Positions 8,053-18,512 of a stretch of 47,393 nucleotides of DNA are shown here, piece by piece. This DNA is from Candidatus Kuenenbacteria bacterium (GTDB lineage Bacteria; Patescibacteriota; Patescibacteriia; UBA2196; GWA2-42-15): positions 1-47,393 of the forward strand of contig JAAZMX010000040.1 in assembly GCA_012798565.1 (NCBI GenBank). The letters are read 5' to 3'. A model generated the notes under the pieces. That model had not been told where the DNA came from and did no database searches. It saw only the letters and a program-made list of their open reading frames with translations. The number at the start of each line of letters is the position of its first letter. The stretch's first letter is position 1. Made by a program: the position numbers and the translations under genes.

Positions 8053-8805
8053 TTAACTCCACCTCGCCGTCGCCAAGACAATCAGCCAGATCAAAATCAG
8101 GGCCGCGCCGTAGCGCCAATAGGTTTTTTTGTTGATTGTGCCCAAAAGAAAATGTTGCGCCAGCCCCGTGAAAAAATAGTAAGCCGCTGTCATAATGAGC
8201 GCTTTGACCGCCGAGAGATTGGGCAGCCAGGACACTACTAAAAATAATTCCGTGATTGCCAGGGTAATGACCGGCAAAAACCATTGCCCGGCGACATTTT
8301 TTATTTTATTGATAATAAAAAACTGATAGGTTACCAAATAAACCTCCAGGACAGTCAAAGGCGCCAGCAACCAAAAAGAAATATTCAAAAAGATTAACAG
8401 ATCAAAAACTCCGTTGAACCAGAAAAAAATAGTCGTGGTGTTGAGAATCTTGGAAATAGTTGAAAGGGAATGGTTTTGGTAGCGGTACTTGTGATAGCTT
8501 AGGATAATCAACTGCCTGACAAAAAGAGTTGCCCCGACCGAAAGGAAAACTATTGCCAGCTCGCGGATGAATAGCTGATTGGCAAAACCCAGAAACATTA
8601 GCCCTGATAGTAAAAAAAAGAAAGGTGAAATTAAAAAGTTAAAGAAATTTTTGTCCCACTTGGCTCTGGTTGCCAGCCAGACAAAGAAGATATTAAAAAT
8701 CAATAGCCCTCCGGCCGCCCACCAGAAAAAAATGGGATTGATCACCCCGAGTTGCAACCCGAAAAAAGTTATCAGACCATAAAAATAAGCGAGTGTGATT
8801 GGCAC
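8053..8805 (-). CDS. multi-pass membrane protein, unknown function
   Basis: about 8 hydrophobic helices; tightly packed with neighbours. Confidence 0.75.
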   Translation of the reverse strand: MPITLAYFYGLITFFGLQLGVINPIFFWWAAGGLLIFNIFFVWLATRAKWDKNFFNFLISPFFFLLSGLMFLGFANQLFIRELAIVFLSVGATLFVRQLIILSYHKYRYQNHSLSTISKILNTTTIFFWFNGVFDLLIFLNISFWLLAPLTVLEVYLVTYQFFIINKIKNVAGQWFLPVITLAITELFLVVSWLPNLSAVKALIMTAAYYFFTGLAQHFLLGTINKKTYWRYGAALILIWLIVLATARWS

Positions 8806-8814
8806 AAAAAATTG

Positions 8815-9297
8815 CTAGTTGTTAAGCCAGAAATATTGTTTCAAAATTTCCGCCCAGGCACTTTCCGCCGCCTGTTTTTTGTTTTGATTATCCTGGCTCA
8901 AGGCCCCTCTTTCCTGATCCAGCGTGGTGACCACCAAGAGATGCAGTTCCTTGTATTCATCCGGCACGTTTAATTCCAAAACCTTGGCCTTGGTTTGTTC
9001 CAGAGTAGAGAGCCAGCTGTCTTGGTCATTGGCGAACCCGACTCTTTTTTGTAAATATTCTGTTAAAATATTTTTTAAACTCGCCTGATAAGCAATGATG
9101 AGCTGTTGATTTTTATCCTCGCTCTTTATTTGCTGGGCACTATTACTATCACTCGCTCCGGCCACCTGGCCTTCCCTGGCTTTTTTGAGTGTCAGCTCTT
9201 CATTGATTGTTTGCCAGGCGACTAAGGCCACTACGACCACCAAGGCCGCCGTGATTTGTTTCCAATGATAATCGACAAAAAGTTGTGCTTTAGACAT
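8815..9297 (-). CDS. membrane-anchored helical hypothetical protein
   Basis: single N-terminal TM followed by GQVAGAS linker. Confidence 0.7.
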   Translation of the reverse strand: MSKAQLFVDYHWKQITAALVVVVALVAWQTINEELTLKKAREGQVAGASDSNSAQQIKSEDKNQQLIIAYQASLKNILTEYLQKRVGFANDQDSWLSTLEQTKAKVLELNVPDEYKELHLLVVTTLDQERGALSQDNQNKKQAAESAWAEILKQYFWLNN

Positions 9298-9315
9298 AAA
9301 TGTGATTTTAATTTT

Positions 9316-9648
9316 TTAAAGATTCATAAATTCATTAGCCAGCTTCTCCCAAGCTTGTTCCCGCTCATTCCATTTAAAAACGTTTAGGTAATTTACCATT
9401 TCATTTTCATCATAAACATTAGTTACCTTCGTCGTCGAGCCGATACGGTTGGCGTACGTCGTCTTTACTTCTTTCAATCTTGGTTTTTCTACCCACTCCA
9501 TTTTTATTTTTCCCATACCCGGTGCTTCAAATTCCACCAGCCATTTTTCTCCGGGCGTCTCCTCGCCCCAAGGCCCGTGTTCCTCATGGTCAATCTGGAA
9601 CTGTTTTCTGATTTTTTCCAATGTTTCTAGCCATTTTTCACGAGTCAT
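9316..9648 (-). CDS. hypothetical protein
   Basis: 110-aa ORF with coding-like composition, in operon, TGnTATAAT upstream. Confidence 0.7.
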   Translation of the reverse strand: MTREKWLETLEKIRKQFQIDHEEHGPWGEETPGEKWLVEFEAPGMGKIKMEWVEKPRLKEVKTTYANRIGSTTKVTNVYDENEMVNYLNVFKWNEREQAWEKLANEFMNL

Positions 9649-9724
9649 AGTCTTTGGTGATTAGTGAGTAATCTTATTCCTATTATAGCAGTCAGAATGG
9701 AAACCGCAAGGAAAGTGATTAAGC

Positions 9725-9821
9725 AACTAGTAATTAGTAACTTGTAACTAGTATTATTATTTGTGTTTGTTATTTATAAACATTTTACTAATTACTAATT
9801 ACGAATTACGGGTTACTGGGT
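9725..9821. repeat. 7-mer inverted repeat (AAYTAGT / ACTAATT type), no cargo
   Basis: AACTAGT AATTAGT AACTTGT AACTAGT ... ACTAATT ACTAATT ACGAATT ACGGGTT; overlaps queH stop. Confidence 0.85.
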
Positions 9822-10357
9822 AACTTCTTTGAAAACACGCACCCGCAATAATGTTGGCGATAAAAATCATGTTCTTTGGCAATTTGGCAGGCCGCCTGGA
9901 AACCGCCCGATTTTTTCCAGTCGCGATCCAAAAATTTTAAGCCATACTCCTCGGCGATTTTTTGTCCGAGCTCGCTGATCTTTTCCGCTTTTTTGTGCGG
10001 ACTGATCGATAAGCTGGAACCAAAGTATTCATAACCGAGTTTTTTTGCTTGCTTTGCTGTTGCCCTGAGCCGCATTTCATAGCAGATATCACAGCGCACC
10101 CCGCGCTCCGGCTCATTTTCTAGCCCCTTGATTTGTTCTAGCCATTTTTCTATCTCGTATTCACCCTCGATGATTTTTACTTCCGGTCTTTCTGATAAAT
10201 ATTTTTTCAATTCTGTCAGGCGCGCGATATATTCATCTTTTGGCTGGATGTTGGGATTGTAATAAAAAACAGTCACCACAAAACCCTGCCTGCCCAGTTC
10301 GTCAATCGGCCAGCAGGCACAGGGTGAACAGCAAGTGTGGAATAGTATTTTAGACAT
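9806..10357 (-). CDS. queH: epoxyqueuosine reductase QueH
   Basis: HTCCSPC, YNPNI.P..EY, RC..CY..RL, YRQ.YCGC. Confidence 0.93.
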   Translation of the reverse strand: MSKILFHTCCSPCACWPIDELGRQGFVVTVFYYNPNIQPKDEYIARLTELKKYLSERPEVKIIEGEYEIEKWLEQIKGLENEPERGVRCDICYEMRLRATAKQAKKLGYEYFGSSLSISPHKKAEKISELGQKIAEEYGLKFLDRDWKKSGGFQAACQIAKEHDFYRQHYCGCVFSKKLPSNP

Positions 10358-10380
10358 AAATAATTTTAATGGCTAGAATT

Positions 10381-10486
10381 AAAATCCAAAATCCAAATTT
10401 CCAATCAAATCCAAAGCTCTAAACTATAAATCAATATTTTTGGCTTTGAAATTTGAGCTTGATTGGAAATTAGAGCTTTGACATTT
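10381..10486. repeat. 7-mer inverted repeat, no cargo; close to flanks of four-helix gene 2
   Basis: AAAATCCAAAATCCAAATTTCCAATCAAATCCAAAGCTCTAAA ... TTTGAAATTTGAGCTTGATTGGAAATTAGAGCTTTGACATTT. Confidence 0.88.
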
Positions 10487-11597
10487 ACTTCAAAATGTAA
10501 ACCCCATTTTTATTTTCCGTTTCCAGTCCCAATATCTTAATTATCTTTTCTCCTTCTGCCCCCTCGATTATCCTCGGCTGGCAATAATCCTCAACCAAAA
10601 TAGGCGTTGCCACAATTTGTTTGACGCCCGATTGAGTTAAGGTAATTTTCAATACTACCCCCTCTCTGGTTTCCCGGCTCCACATCTGGTCAAAAACAAA
10701 ATTTCCCAGACTGTAAAAAATATATTTACCCTGATATTTTTCCGCGGTTTGCACCACATGCGGATGGTGGCCGATTACCAGCTCCGCTCCAGCCTCAATC
10801 GCTGCTCTGGCAAAATTCCTCTGCTCTTTGGTCGGCTCATTAGTATATTCCACCCCGGCATGCATTGAGACGATTACCAAATCAGCCTTTGTTTTAGCCG
10901 CCTTGATTGCTTCCGCCATTTCTTCTTTATTCCAGAAAGCCGTACCTGGATTTTTCTCTCCGGCCGCATAATTAGCCGGCACCATGAGTTGTTCCGTTCT
11001 CCCCAGCCAGGCAATAGTTATCCCGCCCACTGTCAGATATTTGGCCTCTCTGGCTTCGCTCAAATTATTTCCCGCACCGATGTATTCTATTTCCGCTTCG
11101 TTTAAATATCCAAAAGTATCCTCCAGCCCTTTTCGCCCAAAATTGGGCGTATGATTATTAGCCAGAGACACTATTCCAAAATTATTATTCTTCAAAATCT
11201 CCGCTACTTTTGGATCAGCCCTAAAGCTCATCTCTCCGCTTTTGATTGTCCGTCCGGCCATGATCGCCGTTTCTAGATTGCCAAAAGCCAGATCAGCTGT
11301 TTTCAGATAAGAACCCATTTTTTCAAAGGGATAATTAAAATTTTTCTGGGTCAACATTTTTTGTTCAACGGTGCGCGAAAGCATCATATCACCAACCGCG
11401 ATTATTTTTATTTCTTCCGATTCGGGCCTTAACCGGTCAGCAGTGCTGGTGGAAAAAATCATCATTTCTTCCTTCTTTATTGGCCCCAGATTAGTTGGTC
11501 TTATCTCCGGCCACCATTTGATTATTAGATAAAACCAGCCCAGAATAAGTATCAGGGCTGCGGCGCTAATCATAAAAAGGATTGTTTTTTTAGACAT
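10485..11597 (-). CDS. CapA/PgsA-family metallophosphatase, membrane anchored
   Basis: VGDMML, GNLE, SLANNH, MHAG.EY, GHHPHV, YSLGNFVFDQ. Confidence 0.9.
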   Translation of the reverse strand: MSKKTILFMISAAALILILGWFYLIIKWWPEIRPTNLGPIKKEEMMIFSTSTADRLRPESEEIKIIAVGDMMLSRTVEQKMLTQKNFNYPFEKMGSYLKTADLAFGNLETAIMAGRTIKSGEMSFRADPKVAEILKNNNFGIVSLANNHTPNFGRKGLEDTFGYLNEAEIEYIGAGNNLSEAREAKYLTVGGITIAWLGRTEQLMVPANYAAGEKNPGTAFWNKEEMAEAIKAAKTKADLVIVSMHAGVEYTNEPTKEQRNFARAAIEAGAELVIGHHPHVVQTAEKYQGKYIFYSLGNFVFDQMWSRETREGVVLKITLTQSGVKQIVATPILVEDYCQPRIIEGAEGEKIIKILGLETENKNGVYILK

Positions 11598-14292
11598 TTT
11601 TGCGTGAATAAAATAGCTTGATCGCCTCCACCATCGCGATGATTAAAATACAGCCGAGCATTATTGCCAGCCAGGCTTCCCAGCCCAGAGCCACTGTTTG
11701 AAAAACTTTTTGAGCCAAGCCGTTATAAACAGCAAAGGCCTGCATGGCCAAGCCCACCATTACTGCCAAAAGCAGAGACTTATTATTAAAAATATTTGTC
11801 TGCCAGATTGGCCGATAAAAGTTTCTGGCGCTGAAAATATAAATTAATGTGTTAATGGCCAAAAAGGTAAAGCCGACGGTTCGGCCCAAATTGATGTCCC
11901 CGGTCTGTTGCCAAAAAAAGCGGAAGAAAAATAATGTGCCGGCCGCCGACAGTATACTAATCGCGCCAATTAAAACAAAACTTTCCCTGTTGAGAATCGG
12001 TTCGCTCAATTTTCTCGGCCGCTGTTTCATAATATTGCTCTCTGCCGGCTCTTTAGCTATAGCAATACCCGGGAAAGTATCATCAATGAGATTGATCCAG
12101 ATGATTTGCGAGGCCAGAAGCGGCAGCGGCCAGCCCAAGAGCATGCCTACCCCAACTGTGATTACCTCCGCCAAGCCATCGGACAAAAAGTAGAAAACTA
12201 CTTTTTTAATATTATCATAAATCACTCGGCCCTCTCTGACCGCTTTGGCAATCGTGGCAAAATTATTATCCAAAAGTACAATGTCGGCCGTCTCTTTGGC
12301 CACGTCCGTACCCGAATTCACGGCGATGCCAATATTCGCTTTCTTCAGAGCCGGCGCGTCATTGATACCATCGCCGGTCATCGCCACTACTTCGCCGCGG
12401 TCCTGCCAAGCTTTGACTATTTTTAACTTGTCTTCCGGCGCTACTCGAGCATAAATGGAAATTTTCGGTACTACGGCCAGCAATTCACTCTCGGTTATTT
12501 TGGCCAGCCGTTCCCCGTTCATAATATTTTTGGCCTCGGCTGGCATCCCCAATTCTTTGGCGATTGTTCTGGCTGTTAGTTCATGATCTCCGGTGATAAT
12601 CACGGTTTGAATTCCCGCTTCTCTTACCTCGCGAATGGTTTTTGGTGCCTCGCTACGGAGCGGATCTTTTATTCCCGCCAGTCCGACAAATACGAAATCT
12701 TTTTGTTCCCAACCCTCAAGCGTTTTTATCTTACTGCTTATTTTTTTATAAGCCAAGGCCAGAACGCGCAACCCTTTTTTACTCATTTCCTCATGAATCG
12801 TCAAAAGACGCTCCTGCTCTTTTTGGCTTATTTCTATTTCCCCCCTTTTTTCATCAGAATAAATATATTTTGATAAAGACAAAACCACTTCCGGCGCTCC
12901 TTTGAGATAGGCCCAATTTTCCTCTTTGCCCTTATGCAAGGTCAGCATGAATTTCCAGGCGCTGTCGAAGGGGTTTTCTGCCAGCCGCGGTTCTTCTTTT
13001 TCCAGTTTATTTTTTTCCAGTCCGACATTGGCCCCCACCATCAAAAGCGCTTTTTCTGTCGGCGAGCCGCGCACAATCCGGTGCTCCAATCCGACCTCCG
13101 GATTTTCAATATAGGCGTTATTACAAAGTACTCCAATTTTCAAAAGTTTGATCAATTCATTGCCGCCCTGCTCGTCTTTTTTTGTCTGGCCATCAAATAA
13201 ATTAAAATTATAATCCAAGGTGGCCACCTCGACCACGCGCATTTCTCCGTCTGTGATTGTTCCGGTTTTGTCTGTGCAGATGACGGTTGTCGAGCCGAGC
13301 GTTTCGGCCGCCAAAAGCTGTTTGGTCAGCGCCTTCTCCTTGAGTATTCTCTGCATGCCAAAAGCCAAAATTACCGTCATGACAATTAATAGTCCCTCAG
13401 GGATAATAGCTACCGAAATCGCCACCGCGGTCACAAATATTTGCTTGGCATCATAACCTAGGATTAATCCAGCAATAAAAATTAAAAAACAACCCCCCAC
13501 TGCCGCTGAGCTGAGCTTCCTGGCGAAAGAAGCCAATTTTTTTTGCAAAGGAGTCAGGGGGTCTTCCGTATTTGCGACCAAGCCGGCAATTTTACCCAGT
13601 TCCGTCTCCTGCCCGGTCGCCACCACTATTGCCAAGCCATTACCCTGAGTTATTTGTGTCCCCAAGAAAGCCATGTTCGCCTGGTCAGCCAAAATGAGTT
13701 CGCCGGCCAGCGGCCGGCTAGTTTTTTCTATTTCATTGGATTCGCCGGTGAGCGGCGCCTCGTTGATTTTTAGATTACTGGTCTTCAATATTCTCAAGTC
13801 AGCTGGCACGCGGTCGCCGGCGCTGAGAAAAACCAGATCTCCCCTCACCAATTCATCGGCCATGATTTGTTTTTCTTTGCCTTCGCGGTACACCTTACAG
13901 TAATTAATGGCCACCTTTCTTAACGCGCCAAGAGAGCTGATAGCTTTATTTTCCTGGTAATAACCGAGGGCTACATTGATCAAAACCGCTAGTAGGATCA
14001 CCCCGGCGTCAATATAGTCCCCGAGCATTATACTGATGGCTGTGGCGCCGAGCAAAACATAGACCAGAGAACTATTAAACTGTCGCAGCAAAAGCGCCCC
14101 CTTGGATATTTTTTTACCCTCGGGCATTTTATTGGCGCCGTGTTTAGCCAGCCGCTTTTTTACTTCCTCATCGCTCAAGCCATTCTTGCCAGTTTCCAGT
14201 TTTTGAAAAAGATCTTCCTGCGTCAAAACATACCACTTTTTATGGTCTCGTCTTTGTTGTGCCTGATAGATTGATTGTGAGAGTTGTGACAT
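11590..14292 (-). CDS. P-type cation-transporting ATPase (type II, Ca2+-like)
   Basis: TGES, IPEGL, DKTGT, KGAPE, TGDGINDAPAL; start likely ATG 14292. Confidence 0.95.
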   Translation of the reverse strand: MSQLSQSIYQAQQRRDHKKWYVLTQEDLFQKLETGKNGLSDEEVKKRLAKHGANKMPEGKKISKGALLLRQFNSSLVYVLLGATAISIMLGDYIDAGVILLAVLINVALGYYQENKAISSLGALRKVAINYCKVYREGKEKQIMADELVRGDLVFLSAGDRVPADLRILKTSNLKINEAPLTGESNEIEKTSRPLAGELILADQANMAFLGTQITQGNGLAIVVATGQETELGKIAGLVANTEDPLTPLQKKLASFARKLSSAAVGGCFLIFIAGLILGYDAKQIFVTAVAISVAIIPEGLLIVMTVILAFGMQRILKEKALTKQLLAAETLGSTTVICTDKTGTITDGEMRVVEVATLDYNFNLFDGQTKKDEQGGNELIKLLKIGVLCNNAYIENPEVGLEHRIVRGSPTEKALLMVGANVGLEKNKLEKEEPRLAENPFDSAWKFMLTLHKGKEENWAYLKGAPEVVLSLSKYIYSDEKRGEIEISQKEQERLLTIHEEMSKKGLRVLALAYKKISSKIKTLEGWEQKDFVFVGLAGIKDPLRSEAPKTIREVREAGIQTVIITGDHELTARTIAKELGMPAEAKNIMNGERLAKITESELLAVVPKISIYARVAPEDKLKIVKAWQDRGEVVAMTGDGINDAPALKKANIGIAVNSGTDVAKETADIVLLDNNFATIAKAVREGRVIYDNIKKVVFYFLSDGLAEVITVGVGMLLGWPLPLLASQIIWINLIDDTFPGIAIAKEPAESNIMKQRPRKLSEPILNRESFVLIGAISILSAAGTLFFFRFFWQQTGDINLGRTVGFTFLAINTLIYIFSARNFYRPIWQTNIFNNKSLLLAVMVGLAMQAFAVYNGLAQKVFQTVALGWEAWLAIMLGCILIIAMVEAIKLFYSRKNV

Positions 14293-14294
14293 CT

Positions 14295-14328
14295 TAAAAT
14301 CAAAATTCAAAAAGCAAAAGTAAAAAAT
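14295..14328. repeat. single-arm 7-mer array
   Basis: TAAAAT CAAAATT CAAAAAG CAAAAGT AAAAAAT. Confidence 0.5.
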
Positions 14329-14356
14329 ATTAAATAAGTAAAAAAATATTCTTCAC

Positions 14357-14917
14357 CTAACTTTTTATTATCTTCTCAGTCTCCTTAGCCACCTCCGGTA
14401 GTATTTCTTTCTCCAAAATATTTTTTTCCTCCTTGGTCAATTTGCTCAAAACAAAATCCGCCGCCTCCATTTTTTCCGCCCGCTCGTTTCTAATCCCTAT
14501 TCTTATCCGCCAGAATTTATCACCCCCCAGTTTTTCAATGATTGAGTTGAGTCCGTTGTGCCCGGCCGAAGAGCCCTTGGCGCGTATTCTTATTTTGCCG
14601 AAAGGCAGATCCAATTCATCATAAACAATAATGATCTTTTCATCCGCCACCTGATAGAATTTTTTTATAGACGCTACCGTCTCGCCTGAATTATTCATAA
14701 AAGTTAATGGCTTGGCCGCGATTATTTTTTTATCTCTCCATTTGTTTTCTGAAATCATCGCCCGGAATTTTTTCTGTTCTTTGAAGTGTTCCCAATTTAG
14801 CTTTTCCGCCAACCAATCGAGTGTCACAAAACCCACGTTGTGGCGCGTGTGCTCGTATTCTTTACCTGGGTTGCCAAGGCCAACCACTAAAATTATCTGG
14901 CTATTTTTTTTGTTCAT
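14357..14917 (-). CDS. pth: peptidyl-tRNA hydrolase
   Basis: VGLGNPG..Y..TRHNVGF, KPLTFMNNSG, GHNGL. Confidence 0.97.
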   Translation of the reverse strand: MNKKNSQIILVVGLGNPGKEYEHTRHNVGFVTLDWLAEKLNWEHFKEQKKFRAMISENKWRDKKIIAAKPLTFMNNSGETVASIKKFYQVADEKIIIVYDELDLPFGKIRIRAKGSSAGHNGLNSIIEKLGGDKFWRIRIGIRNERAEKMEAADFVLSKLTKEEKNILEKEILPEVAKETEKIIKS

Positions 14918-14922
14918 GATAT

Positions 14923-16344
14923 TTAATTGTTTTTCTTTTGGAGCCGGCGCACCACCAGGCGGATCGGCGCTCCGACAAATTGAAACTTTTCTCTGATGTT
15001 ATTGATAATATATTTTCTGTAACTTTCTTCCAATTCCTCATCTGAGCCCACCTCGCACTCAAAGACTGGCGGCTTGACACTGAGTTGTTGGAGTCTGGTA
15101 ACAAAAGCTCGCTTGACTGCTACCCGGCCACGGACATTGATTCTTTTTCTGGCTGGTGGTTGTTTTTTGATCAAAGATTTCAAAAATTTATTCAGGGCAT
15201 TGACCGGGATCTTTATTTTCTGGGCCGCCTCTACCTCCAAAATTAATTTTAATATTTTTTCCGTGTTAAAGCCAGTTTTGGCGCTCACCAAAACAATCGG
15301 CGCGTAAGACAAATGCGGGAAGGCCCAGCGGACATAGTCGCGGTATTCATCAACACTTTTTTCCTCGTCCCGCATTTTTACTAAATCATATTTATTGGCC
15401 ACGATAATCGCACCCACCCCAGATTCAGCGATAGTTTTGCCGAGTTGCAGATCCTGATGGCTCAGTCTCTCGTTTATGTCTACCATCACTATCGCCACAT
15501 CTATCCGGCGCAAAACTCCCCAAGTCATCTTTACTCCGCTTTCTTCCAGGCTTTCACGATCAATTTTGGCCTTGCGTCTGACTCCGGCCGTGTCAATGAT
15601 TATTATTTCCTTATCCTGATAATTAATTAACGTATCATTCGGCTCTCTGGTGGTGTGTGGCGTAGCTGAAACAATCGCTTTTTCTTCTCCGCTCAACCTG
15701 TTCAAGAGCGATGACTTACCCACGTTTGGCTTGCCGATAATCGCTACCCTAATCGCTCCCTTTTTTGATTTTTTGTGAGCTTTCTTTTTGAGACCTTTTA
15801 ACTGACTAATTATCTCTTCTAACAAGTCGCCGATTCCCGCGCCATTCACCGCCGAGATGAGCCATGGTTCACCCAGCCCCAGCTGATAAAAATCCGCTGT
15901 TTGTTCGCGCAGTTTGGCCGTATCGCATTTATTCACCGCCAAGAGAGACAATTTTTTACTTTGCCTTAAATAGCCAGCAATTTTTTTATCCTGGGGATTC
16001 AATCCTTCAATCGCATCTACTACCAAAATTACCAAATCACTCTTTTCTAGCGCCTGTCTGGCTTTTAATTCCACCTGCCGATCAATATCTTCCCCGGCTC
16101 CAAAACGCAATTTTTTTTCTTGTTTTTTTGTCAATTTTTGCAATTCTGCTTTTTGTTCTGACAAAAAACCGCCAGTATCCACCAGCTCAAATTCCTTGCC
16201 TTGCCAGTTAATCTCGGCATATTTCAAATCGCGCGTTGTTCCGGGAATAGCTGAAACCAAAGCCCGCCTGGTTTCCGAAAGGCGGTTGAATAAAGTTGAT
16301 TTGCCGACATTCGCCCGGCCGATAATTGTTACTGTTCCCAACAT
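14923..16344 (-). CDS. der: ribosome biogenesis GTPase Der/EngA
   Basis: two GTPase domains (GRANVGKS, GKPNVGKS; DTGG, DTAG; NKCD, NKYD) plus KH-like C-terminus. Confidence 0.95.
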   Translation of the reverse strand: MLGTVTIIGRANVGKSTLFNRLSETRRALVSAIPGTTRDLKYAEINWQGKEFELVDTGGFLSEQKAELQKLTKKQEKKLRFGAGEDIDRQVELKARQALEKSDLVILVVDAIEGLNPQDKKIAGYLRQSKKLSLLAVNKCDTAKLREQTADFYQLGLGEPWLISAVNGAGIGDLLEEIISQLKGLKKKAHKKSKKGAIRVAIIGKPNVGKSSLLNRLSGEEKAIVSATPHTTREPNDTLINYQDKEIIIIDTAGVRRKAKIDRESLEESGVKMTWGVLRRIDVAIVMVDINERLSHQDLQLGKTIAESGVGAIIVANKYDLVKMRDEEKSVDEYRDYVRWAFPHLSYAPIVLVSAKTGFNTEKILKLILEVEAAQKIKIPVNALNKFLKSLIKKQPPARKRINVRGRVAVKRAFVTRLQQLSVKPPVFECEVGSDEELEESYRKYIINNIREKFQFVGAPIRLVVRRLQKKNN

Positions 16345-16349
16345 AATAT

Positions 16350-17876
16350 TTAGTTAGCTGCTTGTGTTTTATCTATTTCTTCTGCCTCATTGATTTGTTT
16401 ATCTGTCGTCGTGGCCGTGTTAGCCGTTTGCTTTTCTCGCCACTCATTGATCGCTTTGATGTCATCAACCCGGTCATAGCCTGTCACCACTATAAAAGAA
16501 GCCTCAATTTTTACTTCTACCCCCTGATCATTGTTGCGGTATAGCGCTGATTGCAAAAACTCCGGCAACTCTTTGCTGGTGTGGGCGTCAAAACGTTCTT
16601 TCAGAAAAGTCAGGGCCTCCTTTTCAGCGCCATTTGTCAAATCGTAAATAACGGTTTTTTCAAAATTTTGGTTGGGCGAATTGGTAATTCTGCTCACCCT
16701 AAAACCAAGTGACTCCAAACTGGAAGACATATAAGTACCGAGCCCGTCAACTGTGGTGCCATTAGCGACAATCACGGGAATATTCTTTGCTGCGATTTCC
16801 TTAATGGTAAAAATATTTCGTACAAAACTTTTTAATTCACTATAGTCGCCGGTTTTAGGCACCAAGACAAATGCTCCCCCCTCAGTTATTGTCGGTTTTA
16901 ATAATCCGCCGGCCGAATCATCAATTACGTAGTTTTTCACCGTCTCAAAATCAATATCTTTAGCCACATTGATTATTTCCGGTATTTCCCAAGTGGCCAC
17001 ATTGGTTTGGATATTGTCCTTGACTGCGTCGAATATCTTGTAAAGCTTGTTGGGATTAAGAAATATCTTCCAACTTTTCAACTTATTCTTGACAGCCATG
17101 ATTATTTTTTGTTGCCGACGACTCCGAGCAAAATCTGAACCCTCGCCGTTATTGCCATGGCGCGAACGGGCGTATTGCAATGCTCGCGCGCCGTCCATGT
17201 GCTCGATTCCCTTTTCAAAGCTAATCGTTTGTATTTCATAATCGTCTGTGGGATATTGGTTGTCGACAAAACTTTTTTCTATTTCCACGTTAATCCCGCC
17301 GATTTCATCAATCACCCTCTTAAAGCCATTAAAGTCTATTCTTAAATAATAGTGAATTGGCACGCCAAATACCTCTTCTACTGTCTTGGCCGCCAGAGCT
17401 GAACCCCCGCCCGGATAATTGGTCGTTTCGCCATAAGCGCTGGCATTATTTATTTTCTGATAGCCGTTCCCCGATATTTTTACCAATAAATCACGCGGAA
17501 TGGAGATCAAGGAAGCTTCTTTTGTGGAGATCTTTAGACTCCCCAAAATCATAGTGTCGGTTAAAAGCGAACCATCATGACCCGCCCCCCCGATACCCAT
17601 GAGCAAAAAATTAATACGATCATCTTCTCCCCCGGATAGCTGGCTTTCATCACCCAGAAGCATTCTAAATTGGCTTATTACCGGCAGTCGTCCGATCAAG
17701 CGGCCAACTGAACCTTTGGAAAAAACCGCCTGAGACGACAAAATCCAAGTTAGAATAAACAAACCCACTAGGCCAAAAGCTGTTAAGCGCAAGAATTTAT
17801 AGATTAAACTATGTTTTTTTTCGAGCTCACCATCATCGTTAAATTGTGGCGGCACCAGATTTATATTATTTTCCAT
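16350..17876 (-). CDS. LCP (LytR-CpsA-Psr) family protein with LytR_C domain
   Basis: TDTMI, SIPRDL, KINNA, ALQYARSRH, SDFARSRRQQ; C-terminal V.NGT..GL. Confidence 0.93.
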   Translation of the reverse strand: MENNINLVPPQFNDDGELEKKHSLIYKFLRLTAFGLVGLFILTWILSSQAVFSKGSVGRLIGRLPVISQFRMLLGDESQLSGGEDDRINFLLMGIGGAGHDGSLLTDTMILGSLKISTKEASLISIPRDLLVKISGNGYQKINNASAYGETTNYPGGGSALAAKTVEEVFGVPIHYYLRIDFNGFKRVIDEIGGINVEIEKSFVDNQYPTDDYEIQTISFEKGIEHMDGARALQYARSRHGNNGEGSDFARSRRQQKIIMAVKNKLKSWKIFLNPNKLYKIFDAVKDNIQTNVATWEIPEIINVAKDIDFETVKNYVIDDSAGGLLKPTITEGGAFVLVPKTGDYSELKSFVRNIFTIKEIAAKNIPVIVANGTTVDGLGTYMSSSLESLGFRVSRITNSPNQNFEKTVIYDLTNGAEKEALTFLKERFDAHTSKELPEFLQSALYRNNDQGVEVKIEASFIVVTGYDRVDDIKAINEWREKQTANTATTTDKQINEAEEIDKTQAAN

Positions 17877-17926
17877 TTTTTCTTATATAAAACTTAAAGC
17901 CCCGCTAAGAGCTCTCTTTCTTTTAT

Positions 17927-17975
17927 ATAATATACTATAGGCATTCTTGCGTCAATTAAAAAAATATGTTATCAT
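17927..17975. promoter_or_regulatory. overlapping divergent sigma70 promoters
   Basis: plus TTGCGT-N17-TATCAT (17947-17975, with TG); minus TTGACG-N17-TATTAT (17955-17927). Confidence 0.5.
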
Positions 17976-18099
17976 TATTGCAAATTAGCTAATATTAGCA
18001 GAAAATATTATCAACCTTGGGCAGTTAACTCGTTTATCTGTCTCCTTCTATACTTATTTTAAAAAGCTTACTTTCAAAATAGATTAAAAAATATTTTCC

Positions 18100-18157
18100 G
18101 GTCGTGCAGCTCAGTTGGTTCGAGTAGTCTGATGGCTATCGGATAGGCCGCTGGTTT
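18100..18157 (+). pseudogene. tRNA-like fragment (5' two thirds) with palindromic anticodon arm
   Basis: GGTCGTGCAGCTCAGTTGGTTCGAGT + GTCTGAT-GGCT-ATCGGAT + AGGCCGCTGGTT; no 3' end. Confidence 0.7.
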
Positions 18158-18171
18158 TTAAAAATAAATTT

Positions 18172-18441
18172 ATGACACAACCAGGTGTCTATATTTTACA
18201 GAGTATAAAAAATGGGTATTATTATATTGGCAGCACCAATAATATTGAACGGAGAATGAAGGAACACCAAGGTGGACAGTCTAGGGCTACGAGACATTTA
18301 AGACCACTGGAATTACGTTTATTTTACCCAGTGAAAACACTTTCTGAAGCCAGAAGTTTGGAGCATAGATTAAAGCGAGCAAAAAATAGAAAATTAATAA
18401 ACCAAATAATTATTGATCAAGATATTAAAATGGACGCATAG
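18172..18441 (+). CDS. small GIY-YIG endonuclease
   Basis: GVYILQS..YYIGSTNNIERR..EH..G..T, EA..LE..LK; last codons overlap tRNA 5' end. Confidence 0.92.
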   Translation: MTQPGVYILQSIKNGYYYIGSTNNIERRMKEHQGGQSRATRHLRPLELRLFYPVKTLSEARSLEHRLKRAKNRKLINQIIIDQDIKMDA

Positions 18442-18508
18442 CTCAGCTGGTTAGAGCGCGCCGTTCACATCGGCGAGGTCCCTGGTTCGAGTCCAGGTGC
18501 GTCCACCA
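18432..18508 (+). tRNA. tRNA-Val(CAC)
   Basis: acceptor GGACGCA/TGCGTCC, anticodon arm CGCCG-TTCACAT-CGGCG, GGTTCGAGTCC, encoded CCA. Confidence 0.95.
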
Positions 18509-18512
18509 TAAT

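Noticed and set aside
11849..13903. Many antisense ORFs over the ATPase and other genes
   Set aside because: Shadow frames of well-supported genes
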